IMG/VR virus record: IMGVR_UViG_3300044680_000280
Span: 248,001-312,000 of that record
Length of the DNA stretch: 64,000 nt
Strand: one strand, 5' to 3'
This document shows positions 1-9,966 of the stretch, in pieces; the stretch's first letter is position 1, and each line of letters starts with the position of its first letter. Made by a program: the position numbers and the translations under genes. Under the pieces are notes generated by a model, which saw only the letters and a list, made by a program, of their open reading frames with translations, was not told the origin of the DNA and made no database searches.

Positions 1-89
1 GTAGGTCAGCAATTTCCTGACTTGAATCCATGAGTTTAGGAATACACCGATCGACCTCCCGGTGTATGACAAACAAGAGGAGTACAATC

Positions 90-467
90 ATGGAAGAAGA
101 GCAGACGAAGACAGAGGAAACGCCGAAACCCCCGAGCTTTTACCGCAAGCACACGTTCTCGGTAAAGGGTCCGGGACGCAAGGAAACGAGCGCCTATCTT
201 ATGTCAAGGCAAATTCTCCTACCTCATCCCGTGGGAAGGCAACCGCTGACGAAGGCGCAGATCGACAAGTACTTCACGGAAACTAGAAACCGCCGATTCC
301 CAGAGCAGCGCGTGGCCAACCTCGAGTTGGTGCAACGTCAGCTCGACAAGGACACACGACGTCGTGCCCGCCTGAAGTTGGAGGGTAATGTCGTTGGAAC
401 AGTATCCGCGACGAACCTAGACGAGAAGGTCTCGGGGGAAATTCAGACGATCGCGCAAGAGTCGTGA
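90..467 (+). CDS. hypothetical protein
   Basis: ORF; ATG 90 follows GAGGAG and GGTGTA at 61-66. Confidence 0.7.
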   Translation: MEEEQTKTEETPKPPSFYRKHTFSVKGPGRKETSAYLMSRQILLPHPVGRQPLTKAQIDKYFTETRNRRFPEQRVANLELVQRQLDKDTRRRARLKLEGNVVGTVSATNLDEKVSGEIQTIAQES

Positions 468-751
468 TTTCCGAACGCCCGTTACCTGAACCTTGGTGGG
501 TCTACATTATCCAGGGGTCAGGTAACGGGCGTCTCTATACCGGCATCGCGAAGAACGTTGACAAACGACTGAAAGCCCACAACACGGGACGTGGGGCTAA
601 GTTCACTCGAATCGGCGGCCCGTGGTTCTGTATCTACAGAAAGGAGTATCCCTCACACGGGGACGCCATCCGAGAAGAGATACGAATTAAAAAGCTGACC
701 CGGGCGCAGAAGTTTCAACTGGCTCAAAGACCTCAAAGTCCTCTTCGATAG
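464..751 (+). CDS. GIY-YIG nuclease family protein (YhbQ/UPF0213-like)
   Basis: WWVYII...LYTGIAKNVDKRLKAHNTGRGAKFTR...AIREEIRIKKL. Confidence 0.9.
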   Translation: MISERPLPEPWWVYIIQGSGNGRLYTGIAKNVDKRLKAHNTGRGAKFTRIGGPWFCIYRKEYPSHGDAIREEIRIKKLTRAQKFQLAQRPQSPLR

Positions 752-2315
752 TCATTGCCATGTTGCGTTTGATCTCCGCAATCTTGTGTTTGGCAAAAAC
801 TCTCTTCGTTGCCAACTTGTGAAATTTGGGGTCTCGCTCGATTCCGATGAACTGACGGTTCTCTTCTGTAGCCGCCAGGCACGTCGTACCCGACCCGCAG
901 TAAGGATCGAGAACGACTCCTCCGACCGGCGTGACCAACTTGACGAGGTATTTCATCAGAGAAATAGGTTTTACGGTTGGGTGAAAGTTGGCTTCCTTAG
1001 GCACGTAATCGAGGTGCTCCAAGTACTTCTCTGGGATGTACTGAACGACCCACTCTTCGACCGCGCGCCCTGACTCCAAGGAGAAAGACGTGTCGAGACT
1101 GTCGTCACCCGGATTGAGGGCCAACATATTTCCTAGGGTCGCCTCCTCGATCTCAAAAAGGAGCTCTTCCGAGACGTCTTCTTTGACAATGTGCTCCTTG
1201 AGCTTGCTCTTCGGGAGACCCTCATTGCGTTCCTCCCTTGACGCTTTCGCCGCATAGAAGAACGGGGCCGCCGGCATAAACTGAACGAAGAAGCGAGCCA
1301 TACCGCCCGCATCTTTCGCAGAAGCACTTTGGGCATTCATTGTGGCGACCGGGCAACCCTCGACACATGCATAAAGGGCGACTTCTTCCTTGCCCTCGGC
1401 ATCGCCTGTCTTCATGCTCGTGTACGCATGACCCGCCCCGTGACCGAAGGGCTTCATGCCGTCATCGAATCGATTGATGATCGGGGCATCCACCTTCGCC
1501 GTCCCCGTCTGAGTGCATCCCTCCGCATGGGTGAGAACCGCGTTTGCTGGCCAACGGCCGCCCTCCTTGACGTCGTTGGCGCCCGAAAGATCGCTACTGT
1601 TCTTCCAGGAGTTGCCGAGAGACCCACCCTTTGCCTTGAGGGCGGAGACCATAGCCCTGTGCTGCTCGAGGTCTTTGGCGTTCGCGTGCTTCACCCGCGT
1701 CCCGTCGATGTTGATTCCACCCGTTCCCGTCTGGACAATCTGATCAGCAAGGGTGCCGCTGAACGGCTTCCGCATGCAAAGGATGGGCTCCCAAGCCGGT
1801 TTCAGCGCCGTACCGTACCCCTCAAACTGGTCCGCCCTGGCGAGCAGTTTGGCCTTCAGCTCCGGGTCTTCCGCAACCGCGGCCCGCTTGCGTAACTCCT
1901 TGGAAATGTTCATGGACTTGGGAAAGCCTTGCGCTTGAATCCATTGTAGGCAAGGGGATCCAAAGTACGACGAAATGGTGTCTCGGTTGTCGAACCCTGC
2001 GGCTCGGAGTCCGATGCTCATGACGTCCCAGGTTCGAGTCGAAGCGAAGCTCAAAACGTAGCCCCCTGGCTTGAGCACGCGGAGGCACTCACGCCAAACG
2101 GGCACGGAGGGGATGTCCCACTTGTAAGACATGAAGTCCCCGCCCATGTCGAGCGTCGACCCGCGAAGGTACGCTTCAATGTCCTCCTTCGTTGGCTCCC
2201 TCGTGCCCATCCCGTAGGGGGGATCCGTCACAATACTGTCGACGGAGTTGTCAGGAAGGGTCTTCAGAACTTCGAGGCAGTCACCATTAAGTATGACATT
2301 GGTGGACTCGGACAT
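687..2315 (-). CDS. DNA N4/N6 methyltransferase (beta class)
   Basis: Motif IV DPPY near N-terminus; HPTVKP and motif I DPYCGSG near C-terminus. Confidence 0.92.
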   Translation of the reverse strand: MSESTNVILNGDCLEVLKTLPDNSVDSIVTDPPYGMGTREPTKEDIEAYLRGSTLDMGGDFMSYKWDIPSVPVWRECLRVLKPGGYVLSFASTRTWDVMSIGLRAAGFDNRDTISSYFGSPCLQWIQAQGFPKSMNISKELRKRAAVAEDPELKAKLLARADQFEGYGTALKPAWEPILCMRKPFSGTLADQIVQTGTGGINIDGTRVKHANAKDLEQHRAMVSALKAKGGSLGNSWKNSSDLSGANDVKEGGRWPANAVLTHAEGCTQTGTAKVDAPIINRFDDGMKPFGHGAGHAYTSMKTGDAEGKEEVALYACVEGCPVATMNAQSASAKDAGGMARFFVQFMPAAPFFYAAKASREERNEGLPKSKLKEHIVKEDVSEELLFEIEEATLGNMLALNPGDDSLDTSFSLESGRAVEEWVVQYIPEKYLEHLDYVPKEANFHPTVKPISLMKYLVKLVTPVGGVVLDPYCGSGTTCLAATEENRQFIGIERDPKFHKLATKRVFAKHKIAEIKRNMAMTIEEDFEVFEPVETSAPGSAF

Positions 2316-2325
2316 ACCGAATCCA

Positions 2326-3159
2326 CTACACCGTCATCGTGCGCTCCTCGTGAACGAATTTCATGAGCACCGTCTTGATCTTGGGTTCGTAGATGGCTTT
2401 CCACGACTTGTAGGGCGCCTTGAGACCCTCCGCCTTGAGGTGGGGCAGCATGACGTCTTCCGTCTGCGCATGAGCCTTGAATCCGAGAATCTCAGCCGGA
2501 GTGTACCCCTCCATGAGGAGGTCGAGGTACAGGGGAGCGTCCGGATGCACGTGTTGCAGTGCCTGTCGGACCTTCGGAAGCACACTGGTCGGTAGATTGT
2601 GGTAGAAGTTTGCTTCGGACTCTGGGTCCCCCATCTGCATCGTGGGGTTTCCCTCCTCGTCGGTGTTGTCGATGGACGGACCGAAGTCATACTTCTTGCG
2701 CTTCGTCTTCTGAATGTCCGAGAGGACAACGTAGTTCAAGCTCTTCAAGAGGTACCTGAACACCTCTCCCAGCTTCGCCCCCTCCCTCAGCTCTTTCCAC
2801 CCACCTTCGACCACGAAGGCGAATAGCCAATTCGAGATAGCGACGTCGACTAACTGCTCGGAGTGGTATTTGGCGAGCAGACTCTTTCGGAGGTCCGCAG
2901 CAAAACCCCGAAGGTAATCCGCAGGAAGGAGTTTCGTCGGGTCCTTGTGCTGATCCACCGGAAATTCAAGTGCCGGCTTCCCGTGGATGTCGGGCAAGTC
3001 CTGAATCTTCTTGCGGATAAAAATGACCCCTAAAGATCGGCCGAGAGCCTGGAGTTCCACTCCTGAGAGGGACGCGATTACGTAAGCCAGTCGCATCCCG
3101 AGCGGGAGCGATGCAAAGATAGCTCGGGTTACACGTACCCCCCGACTTCGTACTTCCAT
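2326..3159 (-). CDS. divergent sigma-factor-like protein
   Basis: Region-2-like VFRYLLKSLNYVVLSDIQKTKRK; region-4-like LYLDLLMEGYTPAEI; adjacent to a second sigma-like gene. Confidence 0.45.
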   Translation of the reverse strand: MEVRSRGVRVTRAIFASLPLGMRLAYVIASLSGVELQALGRSLGVIFIRKKIQDLPDIHGKPALEFPVDQHKDPTKLLPADYLRGFAADLRKSLLAKYHSEQLVDVAISNWLFAFVVEGGWKELREGAKLGEVFRYLLKSLNYVVLSDIQKTKRKKYDFGPSIDNTDEEGNPTMQMGDPESEANFYHNLPTSVLPKVRQALQHVHPDAPLYLDLLMEGYTPAEILGFKAHAQTEDVMLPHLKAEGLKAPYKSWKAIYEPKIKTVLMKFVHEERTMTV

Positions 3160-3194
3160 CCTAAGAGTGTTGGGCGAATGAAAGGAAAACCGCT

Positions 3195-4322
3195 TCAGGC
3201 CATCGACGAGACGAAGATGTTTTCCTCTGCCAATTCCACATCTTCCTCAATGGTTACCGACTCTTCCATCAGGTCGTCGGTAATGACCTGATCCTCGGCA
3301 CCCGGAGTAGGACGCATTTGAATCTGTCGACGCTCGCGGGCGATGCGGACCCAAGGACGGAGCAGACGTTGAGTGAGGCGGAGGTCATCCGGAGATAGCT
3401 CGAGCTTGCGGACAGCTTCCTCGATGTCGTACCCTTCATTGATGAACTCGAAGATCTCTTCCGCACGGGCGGCGGCGGGACTCTTGGAGATCTCCCGGAG
3501 CAGAAGGCTGAGTTCGGCACGGGCTTCTTGATTGCAGGGGGTCTTATCCGGCAGTCGGCTTTCCCAGGAGAGGGAGTCCTCGACGAGCGGGCGGAGCTCC
3601 TGGAAGGTGTCCCAAACGCGCTCCTTGTTGTGTCGCTCCTCACCTCGGCAAAAGTTCTTGAAGCGATTGTGCACCGTCTTTGAAAGGTAGTTCTGAAAAT
3701 GCCGCCGGCTCTTGGGGACGATCGTGTTGTGGTCGAGCATGACCGCGTCCTCGAAGTACTCCATCTCACCGAGTCGAATGACCGCCGCGAGATTGTAGGT
3801 AGTGTGCTTGGAGTCCGCCTTGCCCTTCAAAGGAAGGACCATCCAAGGCTCCCGGGGAACCGTCGCAACGAACGTCTTGATCGCGTCACGAAACCGTTCC
3901 CACGTGATTCCAAGGGCCTTGTGGGCTTGTTCCCCGGTGATCGTCTCCGGAACGACGACGTTGCTCTGCTCGAGAAATCGTTCGATCGCGCGGGCTTGCT
4001 TCAGTTGGAGAAAGATCTCCTGAACGATGTCACGCGTTCGGCTGTTCGCCGTGACCTTGTTGTAACGACTGATCAGGTGAACGACGAGGGCGCCGTAGAG
4101 GCGAATGAACTGGTCGTACACTTCGCGCTTGTCGAGAGACCGTATGTCGAAAATGGCCTGAATGTAGTCAGCGTAAATCGGGTCGAACGTTTCGGATTCC
4201 ACCTCGGAGCTTCGATGTCGTCGAACCTTTCGAATTCCTGTGATCTCGTCTTGGAAATCCTCCGCATCAGGTGCGTCGGGGGTGAGATTGACGACGTTCG
4301 AGGCTTGGTTTCGAATTGACAT
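3195..4322 (-). CDS. ECF-like sigma factor with insertion in region 2
   Basis: DIVQEIFLQL (2.2-like), FQNYLSKTVHNRFKNFCR (2.3/2.4-like), FEFINEGYDIEEAVRKLELS (region 4-like). Confidence 0.65.
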   Translation of the reverse strand: MSIRNQASNVVNLTPDAPDAEDFQDEITGIRKVRRHRSSEVESETFDPIYADYIQAIFDIRSLDKREVYDQFIRLYGALVVHLISRYNKVTANSRTRDIVQEIFLQLKQARAIERFLEQSNVVVPETITGEQAHKALGITWERFRDAIKTFVATVPREPWMVLPLKGKADSKHTTYNLAAVIRLGEMEYFEDAVMLDHNTIVPKSRRHFQNYLSKTVHNRFKNFCRGEERHNKERVWDTFQELRPLVEDSLSWESRLPDKTPCNQEARAELSLLLREISKSPAAARAEEIFEFINEGYDIEEAVRKLELSPDDLRLTQRLLRPWVRIARERRQIQMRPTPGAEDQVITDDLMEESVTIEEDVELAEENIFVSSMA

Positions 4323-4396
4323 TTTAGTGGTTCTCCGATTTGTACCCGAAAGGTGGCCAACACACGGGCGTATGGTGTAAGTTTAAGAAGAGCAAG

Positions 4397-5014
4397 ATGG
4401 ACCTAAGTACTCTGACGAACTACGATATTCCTTGGACTCCATTTGGAGATGAGGAGTTCAACGTGACCCAAGATCCCGAGGAGATGCTTCTCGAGTTGGA
4501 TGCGTTGAATGCGGCGGCAAATGTAGTCGAAGGACGAACCTCCGCCAACGGCGTCCGTGACTTCATTCGCTCCGTGCTGAACAAGCGCTCTACCTCTCCC
4601 GACATTGAAAACATTCTGGTGACCAGCGCCATGACCCGCGTAGCGGGTCTCGCGGTGAGTCCCGTCTCCTCTATGCTCCAACCAACGAACTGGGCGAAGA
4701 GGGTTGCTCAAACGGTTGCCATAGCGTGGATCGGATGGGCATCCGGTCAAGTAAATACAACCGAGACCCTTTTGAAAAAACTCCGAAATGAGCAACGGAC
4801 AGAAGAGTATGTACAAGAAAGCTCCGGAGCAGTCAACCTGATGTCGCTATATTTTTGGGCGGGCGCCGTAGAAGCGCTGGCCCAGGAAGATCTGTCGACT
4901 TCAAAGAGGCTCTGGAAGAGATCACTCGAGGTTGGAAGCACCTTCGGAACGAGTTCCAGCCTCCTCGTTCAGTGGTCGTACACTGCAAGTTTCTTCCCTA
5001 TGCTGGCCCCGTAG
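4397..5014 (+). CDS. hypothetical protein
   Basis: Long ORF; GGTGTA at 4374-4379 upstream. Confidence 0.7.
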   Translation: MDLSTLTNYDIPWTPFGDEEFNVTQDPEEMLLELDALNAAANVVEGRTSANGVRDFIRSVLNKRSTSPDIENILVTSAMTRVAGLAVSPVSSMLQPTNWAKRVAQTVAIAWIGWASGQVNTTETLLKKLRNEQRTEEYVQESSGAVNLMSLYFWAGAVEALAQEDLSTSKRLWKRSLEVGSTFGTSSSLLVQWSYTASFFPMLAP

Positions 5015-5516
5015 GGGCCCTGCCTTCGGGAACCGTTGCCGTTCCATCGTGTCGTGTCGGGCCCCCTTCGGGGCCGTTATCTGTTTGTCTTCGAGGTACT
5101 GTTCTCTACGGGACTGTTTCTACGGTCGTTGTTTGAATCGTGGTTGTTTGTGTTGTTGCGGTTGCGGTTGCGGTTGTTACGATCATCATCAGTGACATCA
5201 GAACCTCACCCATCCGTTCTCTCTTATATTTGATACCATCTAACCAACTGTGATCCCTGAGGATACATTGGATCGAAGATCTCCACAGGTGGAACAATGA
5301 TGTCCCACCTCTATAAGGTCGCTACCTGGACGTTCCGCTCCTTCCCGTGAGGGAAAGAGAAGGCCAGCCTGACTTGGGGATGTGTTGCTACGAGTGAGCA
5401 TTCGCGTCTCACTGTAGGACCGTAACTCCGGTACGTCAAGCTCTTACCTTTTAGGTGAGGTGGGACATCGACAGAGAACTCTTGGAAGGGTAGCCTCTGG
5501 TGTAAGGAATCTCATC

Positions 5517-5834
5517 ATGATGACGTTACTGGAATTCTCGGATGTGAATGGGAAACCCCAGGTTAAGATCGATCTTCCGCCGCTTCTCATGGGATCGAAG
5601 GTGCGGTTGCACCTTAGTCTTCAGCGTACGAGTGGGGCTCGAAATGAGATCCTCGTCGTTGACGGACAGTTTCGAGTCGCTGCGGTCGGTGTAGATGCAG
5701 GATGTTCTCCACAGAGACAGGTGGTTTCCGTGGAATCTCTGAACGTCACCCCGACGTGGCGGTCGATCAAGAAAACAGTTGAATGGAGGCGTGCGCTTCC
5801 CCCTGTGAGGGCTCCGCGCACGATTGTTGAATGA
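5517..5834 (+). CDS. hypothetical protein
   Basis: GGTGTA 5499-5504 and AGGA before ATG 5517. Confidence 0.65.
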   Translation: MMTLLEFSDVNGKPQVKIDLPPLLMGSKVRLHLSLQRTSGARNEILVVDGQFRVAAVGVDAGCSPQRQVVSVESLNVTPTWRSIKKTVEWRRALPPVRAPRTIVE

Positions 5835-6136
5835 GGATCACACCGATTGAACCGGAGGCTCTACGGGGTCTTCCACGCACGATCTCGATGGGAGGAACGA
5901 AGCACGTCTCGGTCTACCACGGGACGCCCCTCGAGATGGTCCGCAGCATGGCTTCTGAGATGGGGTTGGGTACGGACGTACACGAAGCCGTCTCCACACT
6001 ACTAGACGCTCTGGGGCGCAACCGCGGCGTTCTGATCGCCATCCCTGAGGATGCTCCCGAGGACGTCGTCGCAACCCTCTTCGTTTACGCGCTCCTCGAC
6101 TCGGGTGTCTCTCGGGCGGTTACGGCTGAGAGCTGA
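5831..6136 (+). CDS. hypothetical protein
   Basis: ATGA overlap with upstream gene. Confidence 0.65.
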   Translation: MRITPIEPEALRGLPRTISMGGTKHVSVYHGTPLEMVRSMASEMGLGTDVHEAVSTLLDALGRNRGVLIAIPEDAPEDVVATLFVYALLDSGVSRAVTAES

Positions 6137-6749
6137 ACATTTTGAACGCCTGGGACTCTACAGGTCCCTCTGCGAGGTTTTCCTTGTACTTCCCAGTCTG
6201 TGAGTACAATTTTTCAACCTCACCCGAAATAGTGTGGAAACGAACCTGACCGATTCTCATGCCAGGGTATAGACGTACGGGGTAAGTGCAGGTAACCTCT
6301 AAAGTTAGCTGACCCGAAAACCCGGGGTCACAGAAGCCAGCGGTTTCATGGATGCTCACAAAAAGTCGCCCGATACTGCTCTTTCCGTCGAGCACGGGGA
6401 CAAACTCGTCGGTGCTGATCCGCTCCTTAGTGTGCATCAAGTAGCCGATCCCGGGTTTCAGGACCCAACCCTCGACTGGGTCGATCCTGAACCGACGGAT
6501 CTTGTTCGGCTTCCGAACGTCGAGGATGGCGGACTTAAAGCCATAGATGGGAACGAGGTTTCGACCGTCGGGGACCTCGTCAGCACCAGACGGAAGCGAG
6601 TAAGTTACAGCCTCGTACACCGCGACGTGCTCACCGAGGGTGACGTCGTAGCTCGTGGGGTTGACCTGGTCGGGGTCGAACGGGTCGATTTTGATACGAA
6701 ACTCGCTAATCGCGTTAAGAATGCCCCGATCGGAGAGAATGCCGTCCAT
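6120..6749 (-). CDS. dcd: dCTP deaminase
   Basis: QVNPTSYDVTLG, GKSSIGRL, AGFCDPGFSGQLTLE, GMRIGQ; start set at ATG 6749, 11 nt after GGTGTA. Confidence 0.92.
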   Translation of the reverse strand: MDGILSDRGILNAISEFRIKIDPFDPDQVNPTSYDVTLGEHVAVYEAVTYSLPSGADEVPDGRNLVPIYGFKSAILDVRKPNKIRRFRIDPVEGWVLKPGIGYLMHTKERISTDEFVPVLDGKSSIGRLFVSIHETAGFCDPGFSGQLTLEVTCTYPVRLYPGMRIGQVRFHTISGEVEKLYSQTGKYKENLAEGPVESQAFKMFSSQP

Positions 6750-6973
6750 GGTGTCCATACTACACCGCTCATCCCTCCCGACATGATCATATCCCACAGT
6801 ATCATGTTCGATTCCAGTGTCACCGCCCGGGTCTTTGTGAAGCGTTACTACCTCGAGCTGAGGCACCCGTGTCTGGTGGAGGACGAGGTGGTGCACATTG
6901 TGCTCCCAAAAAGTGACTTTGAGGCCGCGAGTTTACTTGCCGCCGACCTCAACGGGAGCATACTCTATGCAGA

Positions 6974-7492
6974 ATGGTAGATACGTTGTCATTACGTTAC
7001 TGGCCGGACCCGGTGCTGAACAAAAAGTGCGCTGAGGTTCCGGAGGTCACCGACGAGATCCGTGCCGTTGCCAAGGGCATGCTTGACATCATGTACAAGC
7101 AGGGCGGAATCGGTCTGGCGGCCCCGCAAGTCGGGCGACTCATCCGGATGATCGTCGTGGACGTTTGGTGGCCGAAAACGGGCGCGCGAAATCCCCGGGT
7201 CTTCATCAATCCACTACTGACACTGGGCGAGGAGAAGGAACGAGCTCGCGAGGGTTGTCTATCCCTCCCGGGTATCACGGACTTTGTCACGAGATCAAAG
7301 AGTGTTCAGGTTCACGCGCTGGATGAGCATGGCAAGCCCGTCATGCAACACGCGGACGGACTTCTTGCGGTTTGCCTCCAGCACGAGTGTGAGCACCTCG
7401 ACGGTATCACGCTTGTCGAGCACATGGGGCGGGCGAACCGTCGGATCCTAAAAAAGCAAATGCAGTCCAAGCGACCGCCCCGTCCGGTGTAA
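6974..7492 (+). CDS. def: peptide deformylase
   Basis: GIGLAAPQVG, EGCLS, QHECEHLDG motifs. Confidence 0.95.
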   Translation: MVDTLSLRYWPDPVLNKKCAEVPEVTDEIRAVAKGMLDIMYKQGGIGLAAPQVGRLIRMIVVDVWWPKTGARNPRVFINPLLTLGEEKERAREGCLSLPGITDFVTRSKSVQVHALDEHGKPVMQHADGLLAVCLQHECEHLDGITLVEHMGRANRRILKKQMQSKRPPRPV

Positions 7493-7505
7493 TGCTAGGG
7501 ATACG

Positions 7506-7766
7506 ATGGAAAATTGGGTAAAGTTCCTCCTGTTCGTGGCCACGTACAGTACCGCGATGACGGAGTCGACTGAGGAGAGGCGATTAATAATCGCTGACGC
7601 GAGAAAGGTACCCTATAGCGTGAGCTCAGTCGGTCTCGCAGAGGACCGGGCCTACGACTTCGTACAGTGGGAGCTCGGATATAAGCCGTTACCCTCTTGG
7701 GCTCCAAAAAACATGGCTCCTGTGAGGATGCGAGTGTTTCCTGGAATGAGCGATAGGGGCTACTGA
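7506..7766 (+). CDS. hypothetical protein
   Basis: ORF after GGTGTA 7486-7491. Confidence 0.55.
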   Translation: MENWVKFLLFVATYSTAMTESTEERRLIIADARKVPYSVSSVGLAEDRAYDFVQWELGYKPLPSWAPKNMAPVRMRVFPGMSDRGY

Positions 7767-7770
7767 TTCC

Positions 7771-7965
7771 ATGGACCCGTTTACCATCATCGCAATCTTC
7801 GTGCTCATCGGGTACGCTCTTCGGCAACGGCAGAAGGCCAAGGCCGAACGCGAGGTTCGCCTCCGGGTCGAGCTCAAAAACGCGGCTCTCCTGGCCGAGA
7901 TTGAGCGCCAGGGATTCGAGTTCCGCAGCGCATTCAACAACGGACTGGATCTGCACGTCCACTAG
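7771..7965 (+). CDS. small membrane-anchored protein
   Basis: N-terminal hydrophobic helix followed by charged helix. Confidence 0.6.
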   Translation: MDPFTIIAIFVLIGYALRQRQKAKAEREVRLRVELKNAALLAEIERQGFEFRSAFNNGLDLHVH

Positions 7966-9782
7966 GACAGTAGGTTCAAGAACGTCAAGAAAAGGTCTTC
8001 CCTCTGGGTCGAGGACAAGACAGACTTGAAGCTATCGAGCTGATCCCGAGTCATGTCGTACTCGAGCACGTAGTGGGCAAAAACCTCGGCGAACGCCTCG
8101 TCGATGTTGCTCTTACCGTAGTCGGACACGGGGGTGACGGGACGCTCGTCCGTCTCATACTCCTCGTGGTAAGCTTTCCAGGCATCTCCGACGCGGGCCC
8201 CCTGCGCCTTGTTGAACTCGTCGACTGCGATGTCAATGTACTTGTCAGCTTTGGTCACAGCCTCGACGATCTTTTCCTCGTAGCCGTCGAGCCATTCGGA
8301 CAAGTGTTTCTGAAAAACCTCCATCCAGTAGGCGTCGAAACTCTTCGGCTTTTGACTGGGTTCGGGCTCTGAGTGAATCTTCTTTGAAATGTCCTCGTCA
8401 AAATCAAAGGCGTACCTCTGAACGGCGCTGCTAGCCGTGAGCATTTCATCAAAGGCATGCTTCGTTGTAGGATTCAATGTTGACGAGGCGCCAGCGGAGT
8501 GCACCGCGTCAAGCATGTCGTTGTAAAATGTCCAGCCCGCCTTGGAGACCCGTTCGAAATTCTCCTTGAGGATGTCTCGAAAAAAGCTCTTCTTGGGAAA
8601 AGGGGACGTCAACGGGTCCAGGGACGATCGAACGGCCTTGGCGGCGGCTTGAACCTTTTCTTTGGCTGCTCTCACCGCATCGTTCAAAATGAGAATCGCC
8701 TTACCTGTCGGTTTTGGTTTCTTGTGCACCCTCACCAAGGATTCGAACTTCCCTCTTTGAGACTGGCTCATGAACTTGAACCAGTAGCGGTGCCCGAGCT
8801 CATGAGCCATCAGCTCGACAATGAACCAACTCGGTCGGTTGAACACATTGACGACGTCGGGTCCAATAGGGTAGTTTCCACCCACGCCGCCACCCGTGTT
8901 GTAATTGACCCCTCCACAATCGTTGCAGGAGATGTACACGGTTCCGTACCAAACCTTGTCCAGACGTTTTGCCTTGAGTTTGTGGTACGCCTCCGTCAGG
9001 TACTTGACGTAGTCCTTCACATTTTCTGGCGTTACGGTCAGATCTCGTATAACGACTTTGATGCCATGCAGCTCAAACTGGGTGTGAGTGTCTAGTTTGT
9101 CCTCGGAGTATACGGTCTGAAGCACATCCTTCAGGTGATCGATCCAACTGATGGGATCCACCTTCAAAGCCTTCTTGTCGATGGTGATCAGTCTCTTGAT
9201 GGCTGCATCCAGGTTCAATCGTTTGAAGAGGCCGTACTTCTCATTGAGTCGACTGTAGTCATTGTTCCGACTCCGCTCCAAAGCATCGATCTCGACGGGG
9301 GTCGCCTTTTTGAGCACCTTCTTTGCCAGGGCCACAACAGCTTCCCTGTCGACTTTCCAAACGCCTTTGAGAGCGATTTGAAGACTCGGCACCTTCTCCT
9401 CAAACATCGTCTGTACTTTGGATGTGATTGAGTTGAAAATCTCGTCTTCAACCGTTTGGACTGGATACACGCTATCAATCGCCCGATCAAGCAGAGCGTA
9501 GGAAGCCGATATCTCTTTGAGAGGCTCCTCGATCATCGAGAACCTCATATCGATTGATTGCTCGGCAAACTGGTGGATTCCAAAATTGACTAAGTCCGTT
9601 TTGAATTTTTTGTAGAAGGCTAGGAGGTCGCCAATCTTCCACGACACCTCTCGATTGCTGTCTAGCTTATCCGTAAGGATCTTCTTTAGCTCAGCCTTCT
9701 TCTCCCGCCAGAACTTGTCGGGGATGAACCCACCCGTTCGCAGAAGGAATCGTCGAGCGACACGTTTTGCGAGCTGATCCAC
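7962..9782 (-). CDS. zincin-like metallopeptidase domain protein
   Basis: AHELGH zinc motif plus distal DYGKSNIDEAFAEVF; N-terminal AKRVARRFL. Confidence 0.65.
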   Translation of the reverse strand: MDQLAKRVARRFLLRTGGFIPDKFWREKKAELKKILTDKLDSNREVSWKIGDLLAFYKKFKTDLVNFGIHQFAEQSIDMRFSMIEEPLKEISASYALLDRAIDSVYPVQTVEDEIFNSITSKVQTMFEEKVPSLQIALKGVWKVDREAVVALAKKVLKKATPVEIDALERSRNNDYSRLNEKYGLFKRLNLDAAIKRLITIDKKALKVDPISWIDHLKDVLQTVYSEDKLDTHTQFELHGIKVVIRDLTVTPENVKDYVKYLTEAYHKLKAKRLDKVWYGTVYISCNDCGGVNYNTGGGVGGNYPIGPDVVNVFNRPSWFIVELMAHELGHRYWFKFMSQSQRGKFESLVRVHKKPKPTGKAILILNDAVRAAKEKVQAAAKAVRSSLDPLTSPFPKKSFFRDILKENFERVSKAGWTFYNDMLDAVHSAGASSTLNPTTKHAFDEMLTASSAVQRYAFDFDEDISKKIHSEPEPSQKPKSFDAYWMEVFQKHLSEWLDGYEEKIVEAVTKADKYIDIAVDEFNKAQGARVGDAWKAYHEEYETDERPVTPVSDYGKSNIDEAFAEVFAHYVLEYDMTRDQLDSFKSVLSSTQREDLFLTFLNLLS

Positions 9783-9819
9783 TCTTGAGATCCCCTATAG
9801 AACGATCTTAGCTCTACCG

Positions 9820-9966
9820 TCAAGCGCTCAGAGGTTCCTTCTTCTCGAAGGCGACCCCCCGTTCGTGTCCCTCCGATAGTTTTTTACACTGGGAGCAGAG
9901 CTTTACGGGGCCCGACGTGACAGCGGGCCGTTCATTACAAGCCATGCACATGTTCCGTTCGCTCAT
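9820..9966 (-). CDS. small CxxC-CxxC zinc-finger protein (not in ORF track)
   Basis: MSERNMCMACNERPAVTSGPVKLCSQCKKL..., ATG abuts the upstream TGA. Confidence 0.6.
   Translation of the reverse strand: MSERNMCMACNERPAVTSGPVKLCSQCKKLSEGHERGVAFEKKEPLSA

Noticed and set aside
687-2315. Intein in the methyltransferase
   Set aside because: The extra segment before HPTVKP lacks a C/S start, an HN end and LAGLIDADG motifs; it is a variable region.
4970-5108. TAG readthrough or alternative genetic code after the Thr-rich ORF
   Set aside because: Conserved enzymes in the window are uninterrupted under code 11 and several genes end at TAG.
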